From the NCBI GenBank assembly GCA_964106915.2, contig OZ066914.1: a stretch of 64,000 nucleotides of DNA; one strand, written 5' to 3'. This document shows positions 26,779 to 39,632 of the stretch, piece by piece. The translations under genes and the position numbers were made by a program. Under the pieces are notes generated by a model that saw only the letters and a list, made by a program, of their open reading frames with translations, had not been told where the DNA came from and made no database searches. The stretch is from Podarcis gaigeae. Its lineage: Eukaryota. The number at the start of each line of letters is the position of its first letter. Position 1 is the first letter of the stretch.

Positions 26779-27004
26779 CAGTGGTACCTCGGGTTACATA
26801 CGCTTCAGGTTACAGACTCCGCTAACCCAGAAATAGTGCTTCAGGTTAAGAACTTTGCTTCAGGATGAGAACAGAAATTGTGCTCTGGCGGCATGGCAGC
26901 AGCAGGAGGCCCCATTAGCTAAGGTGGTGCTTCAGGTTAAGAACAGTTTCAGGTTAAGAACGGACCTCCGGAACAAATTAAGTACTTAATCCGAGGTACC
27001 ACTG
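26779..27004. mobile_element. Tigger/mariner-type MITE
   Basis: TA|cagtggtacctcgg...ccgaggtaccactg|TA. Confidence 0.9.
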
Positions 27005-27413
27005 TAATAAATAAAATAAAATAATATATGCTAATGAACTTCAAATGTAGCCATTTTCTGCGGAAAAAGGAAATCCAGATTAAATGTAATTTATTTATTT
27101 TTTTAAAAAATACTAGCTGGTATTTTGATGGCAACCATGTCATATGGTTGATGCTATAAAACATTTGTGTGCATCAAATGCTCTGATTTTACAATAAACT
27201 CTCATCTGGAGACACACTTTAACTGCTTAATTTAGAATCAGTTGTGCTACTTGTTGAAGAGGTTTTGGAGAGTCAAAGAGCAGGGAATGTAATGGAGAGT
27301 TTTAGGGGAAACAAGTCAATAGAACAGAATGGCTGTATCATCGTCTCTGAAACATAGAAAAGGAATTCAGAGCTGTTATCTCCAAATGTTGTATTTTGTA
27401 ATTTTGTTTGAAG

Positions 27414-27690
27414 TGGAACAGATTCCCACGAGAGGTGGCGGACTCTCCTTCCTTGGAGGTTTTTAAGCAGAGTTTGGATGGTTGTCTGTCATGTATGCAG
27501 GACATGTGATCCAGAATTGGCCTCCACAGTCACTTACAGACTCGTTGTTAAAACCATGTTTATGGAAGACAATCTTACTTGGCTACGAGTGATCGCCAAA
27601 GAAGGAAAGAAGAAGAATGAAGTAGCTGAGATTTCTACAATGAAAGGGGTTGGTCTCCTCCAGCTCTACAACTCTACGATTCTATATTAT
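27414..27690 (+). mobile_element. CR1 3' fragment with a nested RTE 3' fragment (about 27499-27621)
   Basis: CR1-like tggaac...tctccttccttggaggtttttaagcagag. The insert matches 463-570. Ends in a gattctat tail. Confidence 0.75.
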
Positions 27691-28737
27691 AGGCATATTA
27701 ACAATCACTTTGGATATATGATTGGTCTACTGAATGTGGCACACGGTTTGAAGAAGCTTTAAAAAAATCATTAAATAACAATTTAATCCTGAATTGGACA
27801 ATGCATATTTTATTATTATTATTTTGGAAAATGTAATTCACAAACTGCCAAGCATTGTTGGTTTTAATTTGGCTGCCTTAAACACAAGTGTCTTCTGATA
27901 ATGTGAGTTATGTCTTTCCAGATTGCTGCCATGATATAACACTGCCATGTTGCTTATAGGAGGGTACCACCTTTTACTTACTAACTTTGTTTCCTTTGCC
28001 CTTAACAGCAGCTTGACTGGCAGAAATTACACAGGTGACTCTTCCCTCAGTATTTCTCCCTGAGCCAGGAGAAGTTTTTAACTTGTGTAAAAATGGTGGC
28101 AATTTTAAACCCAGCAGCACAAAATTTTGCCACATTACGTCCGGTGTATGAAGTGACGTTAACTTTCTGAAGCTGCAAACCTTAGCATTTGACTCACTTC
28201 AGTGCTACTTGCTGGCTAGAATCCAGTTATTTCAGTTTGATTGGTTTATATGTCAGGCTGATTTAGACCTAACAGGGATTTTATGGCGTCCTTTATACTA
28301 TCCGTCCCAAATACAATTTAGCAGATTTAATTTCTCGTTAAAATTGTTTATGCTAATGCAATGTACTTTCTTTTAATTAAAAAAAAAGCCAACAAGAAAC
28401 AGATGCCGTATTACTATTTTATAATTGTCATTTTGATTCTAATATTTCTTTTATTTCTAGCCACAAAGGGAACAGAGAGTTCTTTTATTTTCAAGGTGGG
28501 GGTGGGGAGGATTGGCTACTGTGAAGAAGCTCCCTTTAATGTACTGAAGCCATAGAACTTCAATGAGAATTTTAATGTTCTACCTTGATTACTGATTCCT
28601 AAAACGAATGCTTTTTAATTTTTTAAAAGAAGCTCTTACAAAAGAAAGGAGGTAAAGACCAGTGGCTTCTAAAATGACAGCAGAGCCACCAACATCCTCA
28701 ACCTTTATGGTTCACTCTGTCCATCTCAGGACCTGAA

Positions 28738-29030
28738 AGGGTTGCCATCTGTCTGGAATTTCCTGGACATTTCCAGAAATGTCCAGGTGGAAATCAGAAA
28801 AATGTACAGGGAAATCTGGACGCATGTCAACCCATGTCGGCAGTGTCGTTTTGGGCAGTTTTCCTTTAAAATAGCTCAAAAACTTCAACACCCCCCCCCA
28901 TTTTTTTTTTTGCAAAAAAAATCTCCATAACTTTGGGCAAAGCTTTTAAAAGCTCACCACTCCGCCCAACCCCCCAATGCTCAACAAATTTTCTGTCCAG
29001 ATTCTCACTGTTTGAAATATGTCAACCCTA
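28738..29030. mobile_element. hAT-type MITE, TAGGGTTGCCA-terminus family (related copies at about 31204-31415 and 38026-38250)
   Basis: agggttgccat...atgtcaacccta termini. The internal tgtccaggtggaaatc and cactgtttgaaatatg motifs are shared, with some variation, by the three copies. Confidence 0.7.
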
Positions 29031-29222
29031 ACTTAGAATCAATGAATTGCAGAGCTGGAAGGGACCCTCAGGGTCATCTAGTCCAGCCCCCTGCAAAACA
29101 GGAATCTTTTGTCCAACCCATAATCCTGAGATTAAGAGTCTCTTTCTCTACTGACTGAGCTATGTTGAATTTAGGGGACTGAACAACCTTAAGGCCCAAT
29201 CTTACACGTTTACCTGGGAATA

Positions 29223-30183
29223 CCGTATTTTTCGTCCCATAGGATGCTCCGTCCCATAGGACGCACCTAGTTTTTTTTGGGGGGGAAATAAAGGAAAATT
29301 TTTTTCCCTTTATTTCCCCCCTCAAAAGCAGGTCGGGGAAACCGAACCAGGTCGAGGAACGGCGCTGCGCCTCCCTGAGCTTGTGGGGCTGGCCGATGTC
29401 TGCCTCAGGCGCAGGCTGCTATCCGCAGCGTGGGGAGCCCTGCGGGGATGTCTATCCGGCGCGCGGGGCGCTCTGCTTCAGGGCGCCCCGCCCACCGGGC
29501 GGCAGGCTGCTATCCGCAGCGTGGGGAGCCCTGCGGGGAACCCCTGCAGGGCTCCCCACGCTGCGGATGTCTGCCCGGCGTGCGGGGCGCTCTGCTTCAG
29601 GGCGCTCCGCCCGCTGGGCGGCAGGCTGCTATCTGCGGCGTGGGGAGCCCTGCGGGGAACCCCTGCAGGGCTCCCCACGCTGCGGATGTCTGCCCGGCGC
29701 GCGGGGCGCTCTGCTTCAGGGCGCTCCGCCTGCCGGCGGCAGGCTGCTATCTGCAGCGTGGGGAGCCCTGTGGGGAACCCCTGCAGGGCTCCCCACGCTG
29801 CGGATGTCTGTCCGGCAGGGCGCTCCACCCGCCGGGCGGCAGGCTGCTATCCGCAGCGTGGGGAGCCCTGCGGGGAACCCCTGCAGGGCTCCCCACGCTG
29901 CGGATGCGCTCCCGAAGCGCCGGGGGCTCTGCTTTCAGGGCGCCCGACGCTCCAGGAAGCAGGCTGCTATCCGCAGCCTAGACATCCTTGCCGGACCTCC
30001 TGCAGGGCTGCCCAGGCTGCAGATGTCTTCCTGAAGCCTGGAGAGCGAGAGGGGTCGGTGTGCACCCACCCCTCTCGCTCTCCAAGCTTCAGCGAAAGCC
30101 TGCATTCACCCCATAGGACGCACCCAGATTTCCCCTTCATTTTTGGAGGGGAAAAAGTGCGTCTTATGGGGCGAAAAATATGG
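29223..30183. mobile_element. Non-autonomous Tc1/mariner (pogo/Tc2-like) element carrying a GC-rich minisatellite
   Basis: TA TSDs at 29221-22 and 30184-85. TIRs ccgtatttttcgtcccataggatgc and gcgtcttatggggcgaaaaatatgg. No transposase. Confidence 0.85.
29411..30030. repeat. GC/CpG-rich minisatellite, about 6 units of 91-120 bp, most with an internal 23-bp inverted repeat
   Basis: Units begin gcaggctgctat at 29411, 29502, 29621, 29739, 29839 and 29959. atccgcagcgtggggagccctgc pairs with gcagggctccccacgctgcggat. Confidence 0.92.
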
Positions 30184-33100
30184 TAAGTTCCATTGAACTC
30201 ACCAGGACTTTACTCCCAAGTAGACACATGTAGAATTGTACTGGTAATGGGTAGCGATGAGTACTGAGCTGGGTGCAAGAGGACACCCTCAGGCGCTGCC
30301 TTCAGAAACAGCTCAGCCTGAAACTCCAGTTCCCCTCCAGCTCCACTTCCTGGGTCATGTTGTCTTATATGCCCTTCCTCTGTGACACAATTCATTTCTC
30401 AGCACCGACGTTCATTAATTAGGCCTCTCTAAAGTGCAGCTTCGTCTCATCTGTTTCCACTTCTAATCATTTCCATTTATCCACATCAGTTCTTGAGAGA
30501 CGTCTGCTCAGTCGATCAAATCTGTCATTTATTCGTGCAGTGGATTTGACAGACCTAGCATTATCTCCAAGAATGAAAGCCGAGAAAATCAATGGAAAAA
30601 TTATTTATTCTCTCCTCTCTGTAAAAAACAAACTCCTTTCTCCATTCCCACATGCATACGCATGGCACTTTTGTTTACTGCGAGAACTGCTACTAATATA
30701 AACAACCGTCACTGCTGAGGACAGAAGGGAAAGATAAAGCTTTTTGACTTGACTTCACAAAGAGAGCCATCCCAGTTTCCTGAGGAAGGGAGTTGTGGTG
30801 CTGCAATAGTAAAGGGCCTGCTTCTTTGAAGCCTGTAATTTAGTCTCAACATGTGTTAGATTCAGTTGCAAGGCATCCAAACAGTAGTTGGATGTTCACA
30901 AAGAAGAAGGTGTTCCTTGAAATAATCAGAGATAATTCATGTGACCATCCAGTTTGCAGTAAGGAATTAAACAAAATTAATGAGAGGAATTCCATGTGCA
31001 TAAAGCCTTTACACCAATAAAGAGGATTTCCTTTAAAACATGATGGGTAAATGGAATTAGCATACAGAAATCTGTTTTATTCTTAATTATATATTGAGTG
31101 GAGAGCTGGAATTGAAGGGAAGGGAAGGGCAGTTCTGGCCTATCAGTTATTTTAAAGGGTAGGCCCACCCTACTTAGACATTATTGTGGAGGTCTCAGTA
31201 TTTAAGAGTTGCCATATGTCTGGAATTTCCCAGACATATTTGGAATACTGCAGTTGGCAGCAGTGTCCAGGTGGAAATCAGCAAAATGTCTGGGAAAGTC
31301 CGGATGTATGGCAGTCCATGTAGGCAGTGCTGTTTTTGCCGATTTCCCCACAACTTTGGGCAATCTCAACAACTTTTCTGTCCAGATCTTCACTGTTTGA
31401 AATATGGCAACCCTAAATATTTAGCATTTAACTTGTTATCATTTAAGAGACACAATAGAAATATTTACAAAACTAACAGAGTTTATTTTAAAAATCTGAT
31501 TGAATTGAAATGTTGTTGGTGATATCACACTTTAGTCATGCTGATTAGACCCATTACAATCAACAGACTTGACTAAGTTAAATCTACTTATTTCAGTGGG
31601 TCTGGGTATGACTCAGCTATGTATCTAAATCTAATATCACACACACTTATCTGCAGCAGACTCCAGAACACTTCAGGTTTTTGTGTGTGTGATTATACGT
31701 TTGTTTGGTTCTCATCAGACTGCATGCTTAATATGGAATTATGGTCTCTGAGGAGGCACAGTTTGATGTAAGGAGTTGGGTGCCTCACTCCTTCTTCTCA
31801 GGTTCGAATTCCACCCCTGGTAGTATGATCATATAAAATGGAACTAATCAAGTTTTTTAAAAAAATAAAAATAAAATAAACATTGCTGCTTATAGCACAA
31901 TAGGCCTTCGATATATAGGTGCATCAATGTGTTTTTCATTATTTCTGCCCACCTGTTTGTGCAGCCTCTTGTTATTTGCCTCACATTTCTCTCACCTTGA
32001 CAGCTTTCAAGAGGAAGCCTGAAGGGGGTTTCATGTGGGAAGAAAACATAATTCCATTGGGCATGAAGCAAATGCCCACTTAGAAGAGATCCCTGTGATC
32101 TTAAAGGAATCTAGCCCATGTTTTATGTGTTCCAGTTCACCGCAATCTGGAGCAGTTCCAGCCTAAGTTTTACAAAAAGTTCAGGAGCTCTAAAAGACTT
32201 AGGACTCAGCTAGATAGGTAAAGAAAAAGTGATTTTTATGTGTTGTATATGTGATATATCATTGTGCCACCAGACGGTGCTCTGGAGCCCCGTTTTCCTC
32301 TACCTGTTTTCTCTGTTTAAATTTACAACGCGTTTAACTGAAACGCTTCCCTTCGATGTGTCTAGATCCAGCCTAGGCCCTGAGGTGATTGCAGTGATAG
32401 ATTTCCTTTGCCATTTTTTATTCTTATGAGGATTTTAACTGACAATTAATTGTCCTGTCAAATCACACACTCTACTTTCAGAGTGGACCCCATCTAATAG
32501 CCCTTCATGGATTACGCTGCCACAGAAGCCACTAGAAGCTTCTCTAAGTCAAGGAAGAATGGAAAGAAAAGTAGTTAAGGCTCTCCATAGGCAATTCACA
32601 TATTTTCACATTTGCTTGAATATGTGCCACGGTTGGAGCTGAAGAGAAATAAAGTGATATCAGCTATGTGCCACAGGCTGCCTTCCCTCAGCAGTGTCAA
32701 GAGAACCAAGCCTGACCTACTTTACCCGGCTCATATCTTTCTAGAATATTCCCTGTAGCAAAAGTATGATGACTAGAGCAGAGGGAATACAGAGAGGAAA
32801 TAGAGTACACCAGACATAGCACCGTAATGGTGTGTCCTCTTTAACACTTGGACTGCAGGCTTCCAAACTTCCAACACATTCTTCAAGTATTCTTGAAATG
32901 AATGAAACGCAAGCAAAAACACTTCCCTGTCAAAAACAGCATTTTTAAAAATGAAACTTCTAAAACAATGTTTGCAGTCTCAAGGTCAACCCTTTGAAAG
33001 GGCCATAAGGTGGTTACTTTCCGCACAGATATATAATGGAGAAGCACTGCATGTTTGGGATATATTGTATATATATTTAAATTAAAGGTTCCACCCCACA

Positions 33101-33258
33101 TGCCCTAGTGACATGGACACCATCAGCAGTTGGTTAAATGATTTTGATATCATCTTAAAATCCCCGTGGGCCCTAGTTGTTCTGCTGGACTGAGATTTTT
33201 GCTAAGGCTTTTCAATGAAAAGAATGATATTGTGCAGAGGGAGCTGGGTATCTTAAGG

Positions 33259-33520
33259 TAGAATCATAGAGTGGGAAGGGACCTTTGGGGGCATCTAGTC
33301 CAACCCCCTGCAATGCAGGAATCTCAGCTAAAGCATCCATGATAGATGGCCATCCAAACTCTGCCTTCCAAGTAAGGAGAGTCCACAACCTCCCGAGGGA
33401 GACTGTTCCACTGTCGAACAGCTCTTACTGTCAGAAAGTTTTTCTGTATGTTTAGTCAAAATCTCCTTGACACCACTGGTTGCTTGAAGCCATTGGTTTG
33501 AGTCCTATCCTCCAGAGCAG
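33259..33520 (-). mobile_element. CR1 LINE 3' fragment
   Basis: agaatcatagag tail; ctgttccactg..gaacagctcttactgtcagaaagttttt is a typical CR1 ORF2 end. Confidence 0.8.
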
Positions 33521-35510
33521 GTAAGGACAACCTTCTCGTATACATCCTAAAATGTTTTAAGATCGTCAGAGGAGTCTCAACTTAGAGTCCTGTGACCTTC
33601 AAAGGTTACGAAGAATAAGGACTTCCTGGGGGTTGCCCAGCCTCAATGTTATGGAACTTGCTCCCTACAAAAACCTATCTAGCCTGCTCCTTAATGTGTT
33701 TCCATAGGATGGCATGGTTTTTAGACACTTAACGATCTTCTGCCTGTCAGCATTTTCATCCCTCCCATTGCAAGGATACCAGCTCATGTTTCTTTTACTT
33801 TCTGTCTGAGAGAAAGGAGGGGGTGGAAGCTACTCTTCCAGACTTCCATCCCTAGTACTGTGAGGGTTTTTCTTTGATCTGTCTAGAGAGAAGATGGCAG
33901 TATGAGAGAGCTGTTTCTCTCGTACATGTTTGTTATGTTCTTTTATTTGTTTAATCAGTAGAAATAAATTAGGCATGCTACAAAACCTCCACGGCTTTGC
34001 TTCCGTTACTCTGCTGCATTTGAGGTGCTCACGTGAGCAAATGTGAGTCCACTGAACCAGGACCTATTCCTCAGGAATGCTGTGTTGCTGTTCCTATGTT
34101 CCTGTGATTGGAAGGTCAGAGAAGGTGCTCCCGACACCCAGCCCATGCAGGCGCTGAAGATGTGGGCTAAACATGGGTGTACGGAAACTGCTCCCCCCGC
34201 CCCCAGCGCCACCTCCAACAGCCTCCACTGATAAGGAAATGACATGACTTTTTTTGAAGACCGAAGTTTGTTTCGGCTATTCTTTTGTGCACAATGAGAA
34301 CATGTAAGTTTTACTGGTGGCATGGTCTGCCACCAAGCTAATAATGTTCATTTGAACATCGACAGGCACCACTATTAGGGAGCCCCATGAACATGATGAA
34401 TGCATGAAAAGAGCTCCATCATACATCTTATAAGAAACGGTTAGTGTAAGTTGTCAATAGAATAGGCCTCACTCCTATATACCACAGGCACAAACATGTA
34501 CAGAGCACTCCTCAATGAGCAGGGAAGAAAATGCAGAGGAGTAGATATTGGCCTTAATTAAAGTGGTTTGGAGGGGCAGGGGCGGGGCAGGGGTGGGGAG
34601 GCTTTCAGATAAAATTGCATCTAAAAGCAGCACCTAAAAGAGCAAAGCTGATTGGGGTAAATTATTTTTTAGCTGGGTTGCTGAAAGGATTGACAGAAGA
34701 CATACGGGATATTCCAAATAGTTGGTTTTACAAGGGATACTCCAGAGAAAAATAAAGAGGGATAACACACATATTAGGGCAGAGATGAGGGATCTGTGCC
34801 TCCTGTGGATGTTATTAGACTCTAATTCCCATAACTACTGCTATTTTTCTAGAAAAAGAGGTACCAGAATTCACAATGAACACCTCCCCTGTTCTCTTAG
34901 AATGGCAATGGTGGCAGGCTGAGAGGTGCCGGAACTGAGTTCCAGTGAGTTTCGGATGAAAAAAAAAGCCCTGCTCATAACCCCAACCAGCATGACCCAT
35001 GGTCAGGGATGATGGGAGTTGTACTCTGGCAACATCCAGAGGGCCACAGTTTACCTAACCCTTTAGTAAGGAGAGAACTCAACTGAGTCCAGGGAGCCTT
35101 ACATCAAGCATGCTTAGGGTTGCAAAGCCTTCAAATAGTCCTACTACTTTACAAGATTCTGCATTCAGGGGCATTTCTGTATCTATTATGACATGACACA
35201 TTTTGCTCCTGTGCCCTGACATTGAAGACAAGCTGCAGGGTTAAACACAGATAAGCTCAGGTTTTTTGGGGTGGGTGGGAGGGGGACTAGATGAAAAGCA
35301 AGCTAGAAGGCTTTCCCTATGGGAATCTTATCTATGAGCTGAGGAGGCCTTACCTTGACCTTTGCATACAGTGGGCTTTCCTTCTTTCCTTTACCCAAAT
35401 TCTTTTCTCTCTCACACATTTAAGATATGGAAATGCTGTAGTGTTCACTATTCACCAGTAAAGGGGGTGGAGATAGGGGAGAGTGAAAAACACAGAAGGT
35501 CCCTACTTAC

Positions 35511-35910
35511 AGCCAATCAACATGACGCAGATGGAAAAGATTTTCTCTGAGTTGGTGTTTGGAGACACATTTCCAAATCCGACGCTGGTCAGGCTGCTGA
35601 AGGTGAAATAAAGTGCTGTGACGTATTTGTCCTTGATAGATGGTCCAGAGCTGCTATCACTCCGGTTATAATGCTTTCCCAGTTGCTGTCCCAGGGAATC
35701 CAACCAGCCAATTTTACGAGCCAGGTAATCCCTTTCGACATTCCCAATGGCATACCAGATGCAAGCCAGCCAGTGAGCAATAAGGGCAAATATGCACATA
35801 AGTAACATCAGAACAGCAGCACCATATTCAGAGTATCTATCCAGTTTCCGCGCAACCCTCACCAAACGGAGAAGTCTAGCTGTCTTCAGAAGGCCAATCA
35901 GGGTTGTTGT
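35511..35910 (-). CDS. KCNH7: KCNH7 coding exon: S4, S5, pore helix/selectivity filter, start of S6
   Basis: [34 protein letters not shown]...[38 protein letters not shown]. Acceptor cctgcag|ACA, donor GGCT|gtaagt, 400 bp, phase 0/1. Confidence 0.97.
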
Positions 35911-35922
35911 CTGCAGGAGCAA

Positions 35923-35966
<44 letters not shown>

Positions 35967-35980
35967 TGATGATGATGATG
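35923..35980. repeat. (AAT)14(GAT)5 microsatellite next to a KCNH7 acceptor
   Basis: Directly visible, 12 nt from the exon start at 35910. Confidence 0.95.
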
Positions 35981-36074
35981 CAATTTAAGAACAGCAATAG
36001 GTTTCTCAAATTCCACAACAAGCTGTGAAAAACCACCAAGTTGACTGCAGCAGTGAATATTTGTACTTTTAATA

Positions 36075-36316
36075 CAGTGGTACCTTGGTTGTCAAACGTA
36101 ATCCGTTCCAGAGGACTGTTCGGCTTTCAAAACGTTTGACAACTGAGGCGCAATGGGCGATCAGCAAATTCCATTGAGAAAAATGGAGAAACGCACCTCA
36201 GAAGCTGTTTGACTTCTGAGGCACATTCGAGAATGGAAGCATTCTCTTCCGGGTTTTCAGCGTTTGGGTTCCAAATTGTTCGGCTTCTGAGATGCTCAAA
36301 AACCGAGGCCCCACTG
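36075..36316. mobile_element. Tigger/mariner-type MITE
   Basis: TA|cagtggtaccttggtt...aaccgaggccccactg|TA. Confidence 0.85.
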
Positions 36317-37076
36317 TATATAGATTTAGAAATAAATAAATAAAGGAATTTCCCACTACGAGGATTTCTTCACAGAAATTAGGAAACGCAAGTTGGGATA
36401 AGATGAGCTACTTCAGGCAACCCCTATGGGTGTATTAAGGGTCCACTGAACACTGTGTTTCTTAGTTCTAAACAGACATGCGCAGGATTGCAATGCCATT
36501 TATTATTTAATGTTTTTTCAGTATAGCTCAGGGCAGCTTGCATAAAATTCCTAGGAGGCCTCCTATCCAGGAGGTAACTAGAGACTACAGATTGCCAGCA
36601 AAGTTGACTGATCACATGCATTCAGACCATAGAATAGTGTATGACATTTGCATCTTCAGACAGCTGTTTCTCCACTGTACACAAACAGCCTTTGAATCTC
36701 CCTTCTTCTTTTTTAATGGCTTGCCATGTGACATTGGAGGAGAGGATGCTGATTGCTGAGCAATGCACACCCAAAGGCGCATTGGGCACATCAAAATCAT
36801 AATCATATGCTACTTTCCCACAATGGTGCTCCAAGTGGTGTTCAGCATGCCAAACGAACAACATGTATATATTTTAAGAACAATGTTGAATAATCATAAT
36901 GTCAGTTATAAATACAGAAAATAGATCCATATGAAAAGAGTATAAAAAAGCTAACCTAATTTAGCGGTTTAAAACTAAGCAGGATAAACCACTGTGGAGT
37001 TCTTTAAGTCTTCTCAGTTATTAACATTTGTGTCTACACATAACAAGAGCAAACCAGTCTCATTTTCAATAACATA

Positions 37077-37307
37077 CAGTGGAGCCTTGGTTCTTGAACT
37101 GAATCCGCTCTGGAAGTCCATTCAACTCCCGAAACCATTCAAAAACCATGGCACAGCTTCCAATTGGCTGCAGGAGCTTCCTGCACGCAAGTTGAAACTA
37201 CATTGGACATTTGGCTTCTGAAAAACGTTCGAAAACCAGAACACTTTTCGGTGTTCGGCTGCCAATTTGTTCGTCAACTAAACCATTCGAGAACCAAGGT
37301 ACCATTG
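37077..37307. mobile_element. Tigger/mariner-type MITE
   Basis: TA|cagtggagccttggttct...agaaccaaggtaccattg|TA. Confidence 0.8.
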
Positions 37308-39593
37308 TATTATAAACCTGCAGGCCAGAGGTGTATGAGCTACTGTCCCCCACTCCTTCAAGACTTTTCAGCTGCTTCCCCCAAAGATTCCTCAGTGCAG
37401 ATTATAAGCTCCTGGTTGTATCCATGCTAAGCACATGGGAAGCTGCATTATCTACTTCATGCAGGTGTCTCTATACCGACAATCACCAAGCTCTTGAGGG
37501 TTTCAGATGTGTGTCTTTCCCAGTCCAACTTGCAAGTGCCAAGGGCTGAATGTGGGCTTTTTTTTGCAAGCAAAGATTGTGCCCTATCACTGAACAACAG
37601 CCCTCCCCATCAAAGGTGCTGAAGCACTCTTAAGCTTCATTGGATTCAACGGGGGGATGTTATATGAATGCTCACACCACTGTCTGACCAGTGTTAGGAA
37701 CTCAGTGTTAGATCAGATCCAGCTGGGCAGTTCTTGTGCAGTTCAAGCTGACCAGGGTGTAAATCTGCCTACCTTAAATGGTCAGATGGCATTGTAGCCT
37801 GGCCACAGGCCTGGTCATAGATCCGGCAGCTGGCTGGGGAGGATTGCAGGCCTGTCTGCAGATTGGTCTATGGCAGGTGGACTTGGGTCCAGGCATTCCC
37901 CAGGGGGTAGGCCCAACCAGCCAATGGGCCTCGCTTGAGTCTGCCCCCTGGGAAATAAGTAGAGGTGAGCCCAGCATCCTTCCTCTGTTTTTCTGTCAGT
38001 CTATCCAATGATTTACATAGGATTTAGGGTTGCCATACCTTCAGAATTCCCCAGACGTCAAAAATAGTGTCCAGGCGGAATTTCCGAAAATCACGAAAAA
38101 TGTCCTGGGAAACTCAGGCATATGGCAACCCATGTTGGAAGTGTTGATTTTGGGGCAAATTTCCTAAAACTAAAGCTCCACAATTTTGCCCCTCCCCCAC
38201 CTCAACGATAGCTTAATAACTTTTCACTTTTTGAAATATGGCAATCTTATAGGATTCAAATCTGCACCACTTTCTAATTTGGCTCTAAAACATTCTACTG
38301 TCGTCAGTTACAGAGCCTTATCCATTATTAACCCTATAATGCTGAACATTATGCAACACTATAAATAGTGGCGGCAGGAGCTCCCTCTGCCCTTCAAATC
38401 TACTTAGGTGGGATGCGTAATATTAATGGAGAAAGTCAATAATGATGCAAAGTTTGCATATATTCTCCTCCATCATCACCACCACCTCTTTTTATTTCCA
38501 GAAAGCATGCATAATACATGATGTTTAACAACCGAAAACATTTAAGGTTCTAGTGGGAGAAATCAGCCTACTAGTTTCCACTAAGTACCATGTTAAAAGT
38601 TTGAATAAACCTTTATATATTTTATGCGTTGCTGAATTTAGAACTTAATAATCTTAGCCTTGCAATAAGGGGGAGTGGGAGAGAGAGAAGTATTCCACGG
38701 GCCATGTTTGTTGAAAACAACATATTCTATTTATGCTAAATGTTCAACTTCCTTCCTGCAACAGCACAATGTGATAGCTCAGTAATAGCAGCTAACTGTG
38801 TCATTACTACATAATGGCAGTGCCAACGCATTAAGAAGCTGGCACAGCCATCGACATCCGCTGTGGGTGTATTTGAGAAGTGTGGTCTAGCTATGAACAC
38901 TGCCATATTTATTCTAGGCCTCCCCCCACCCCCCACCAAGGCAACATGCATGACTATAGGAGATCTGCCATTCACAGAGTAAAGCACCAAGATAATTTTG
39001 ACAAGGAGAAGTTAAAAAAAGGTGAACAAATAGTGTTACCCTACAAAGGAGGGTGGAATGAAAAGGCTGACCCTTCAGTCAAAAGAAGACAAACTCAGCG
39101 CGTGGAAAGAGTTCCTATCTATCCCTGCAGCATAAACCTAGAGATATCCCAGTGGATCTCTCCTAAAAGCTGGGACCAGTTCCTCATAGGCCCTCTCATG
39201 GGTTTGCTTGTGAGGGGGAAAGTTGTAGTTTAATCAATAAGCATGTCAGCTGTGAATTAGGACACCCCTAGGTCAAATCTTGTATTTGCAACAAACTCAC
39301 TAGGTGGTCTAGGCTAGCCTTCTCTAATGTAATGCCCTCCGAGTGTTTTGGACTTTGGCTGCCCTCAGCCCAGCCAGCATGCCCAATGATCATAGGTGAT
39401 TGGAGCTGTAGTTCAAAACATCAGCAGGGGACCATGGGATTGGGGCCAGTGATATGGAGGCTGTGCCCCGCCAGATACTGTTGGATTCCAACTCCCTTCT
39501 CTTTGTAGTCTTTGTTGTAGTCATGTTTTTAATATTCTGTTGGGAGCCACCCAGAGTGGCTGGGGAGGCCCAAACAGATGGGTGGGGTATAAG

Positions 39594-39632
<39 letters not shown>

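Noticed and set aside
29381-30186. Long overlapping ORFs (217, 267, 183 and 116 aa) and a CRISPR-like appearance of palindromic repeats
   Set aside because: The ORFs arise from a stop-poor GC minisatellite. Inter-hairpin segments are homologous to each other rather than unique spacers, there are no cas genes, and the context is vertebrate.
35911-36039. Poly-Ile N-terminal extension of the pore-exon ORF
   Set aside because: Translation of the intronic (ATC)/(ATT) microsatellite upstream of the acceptor.
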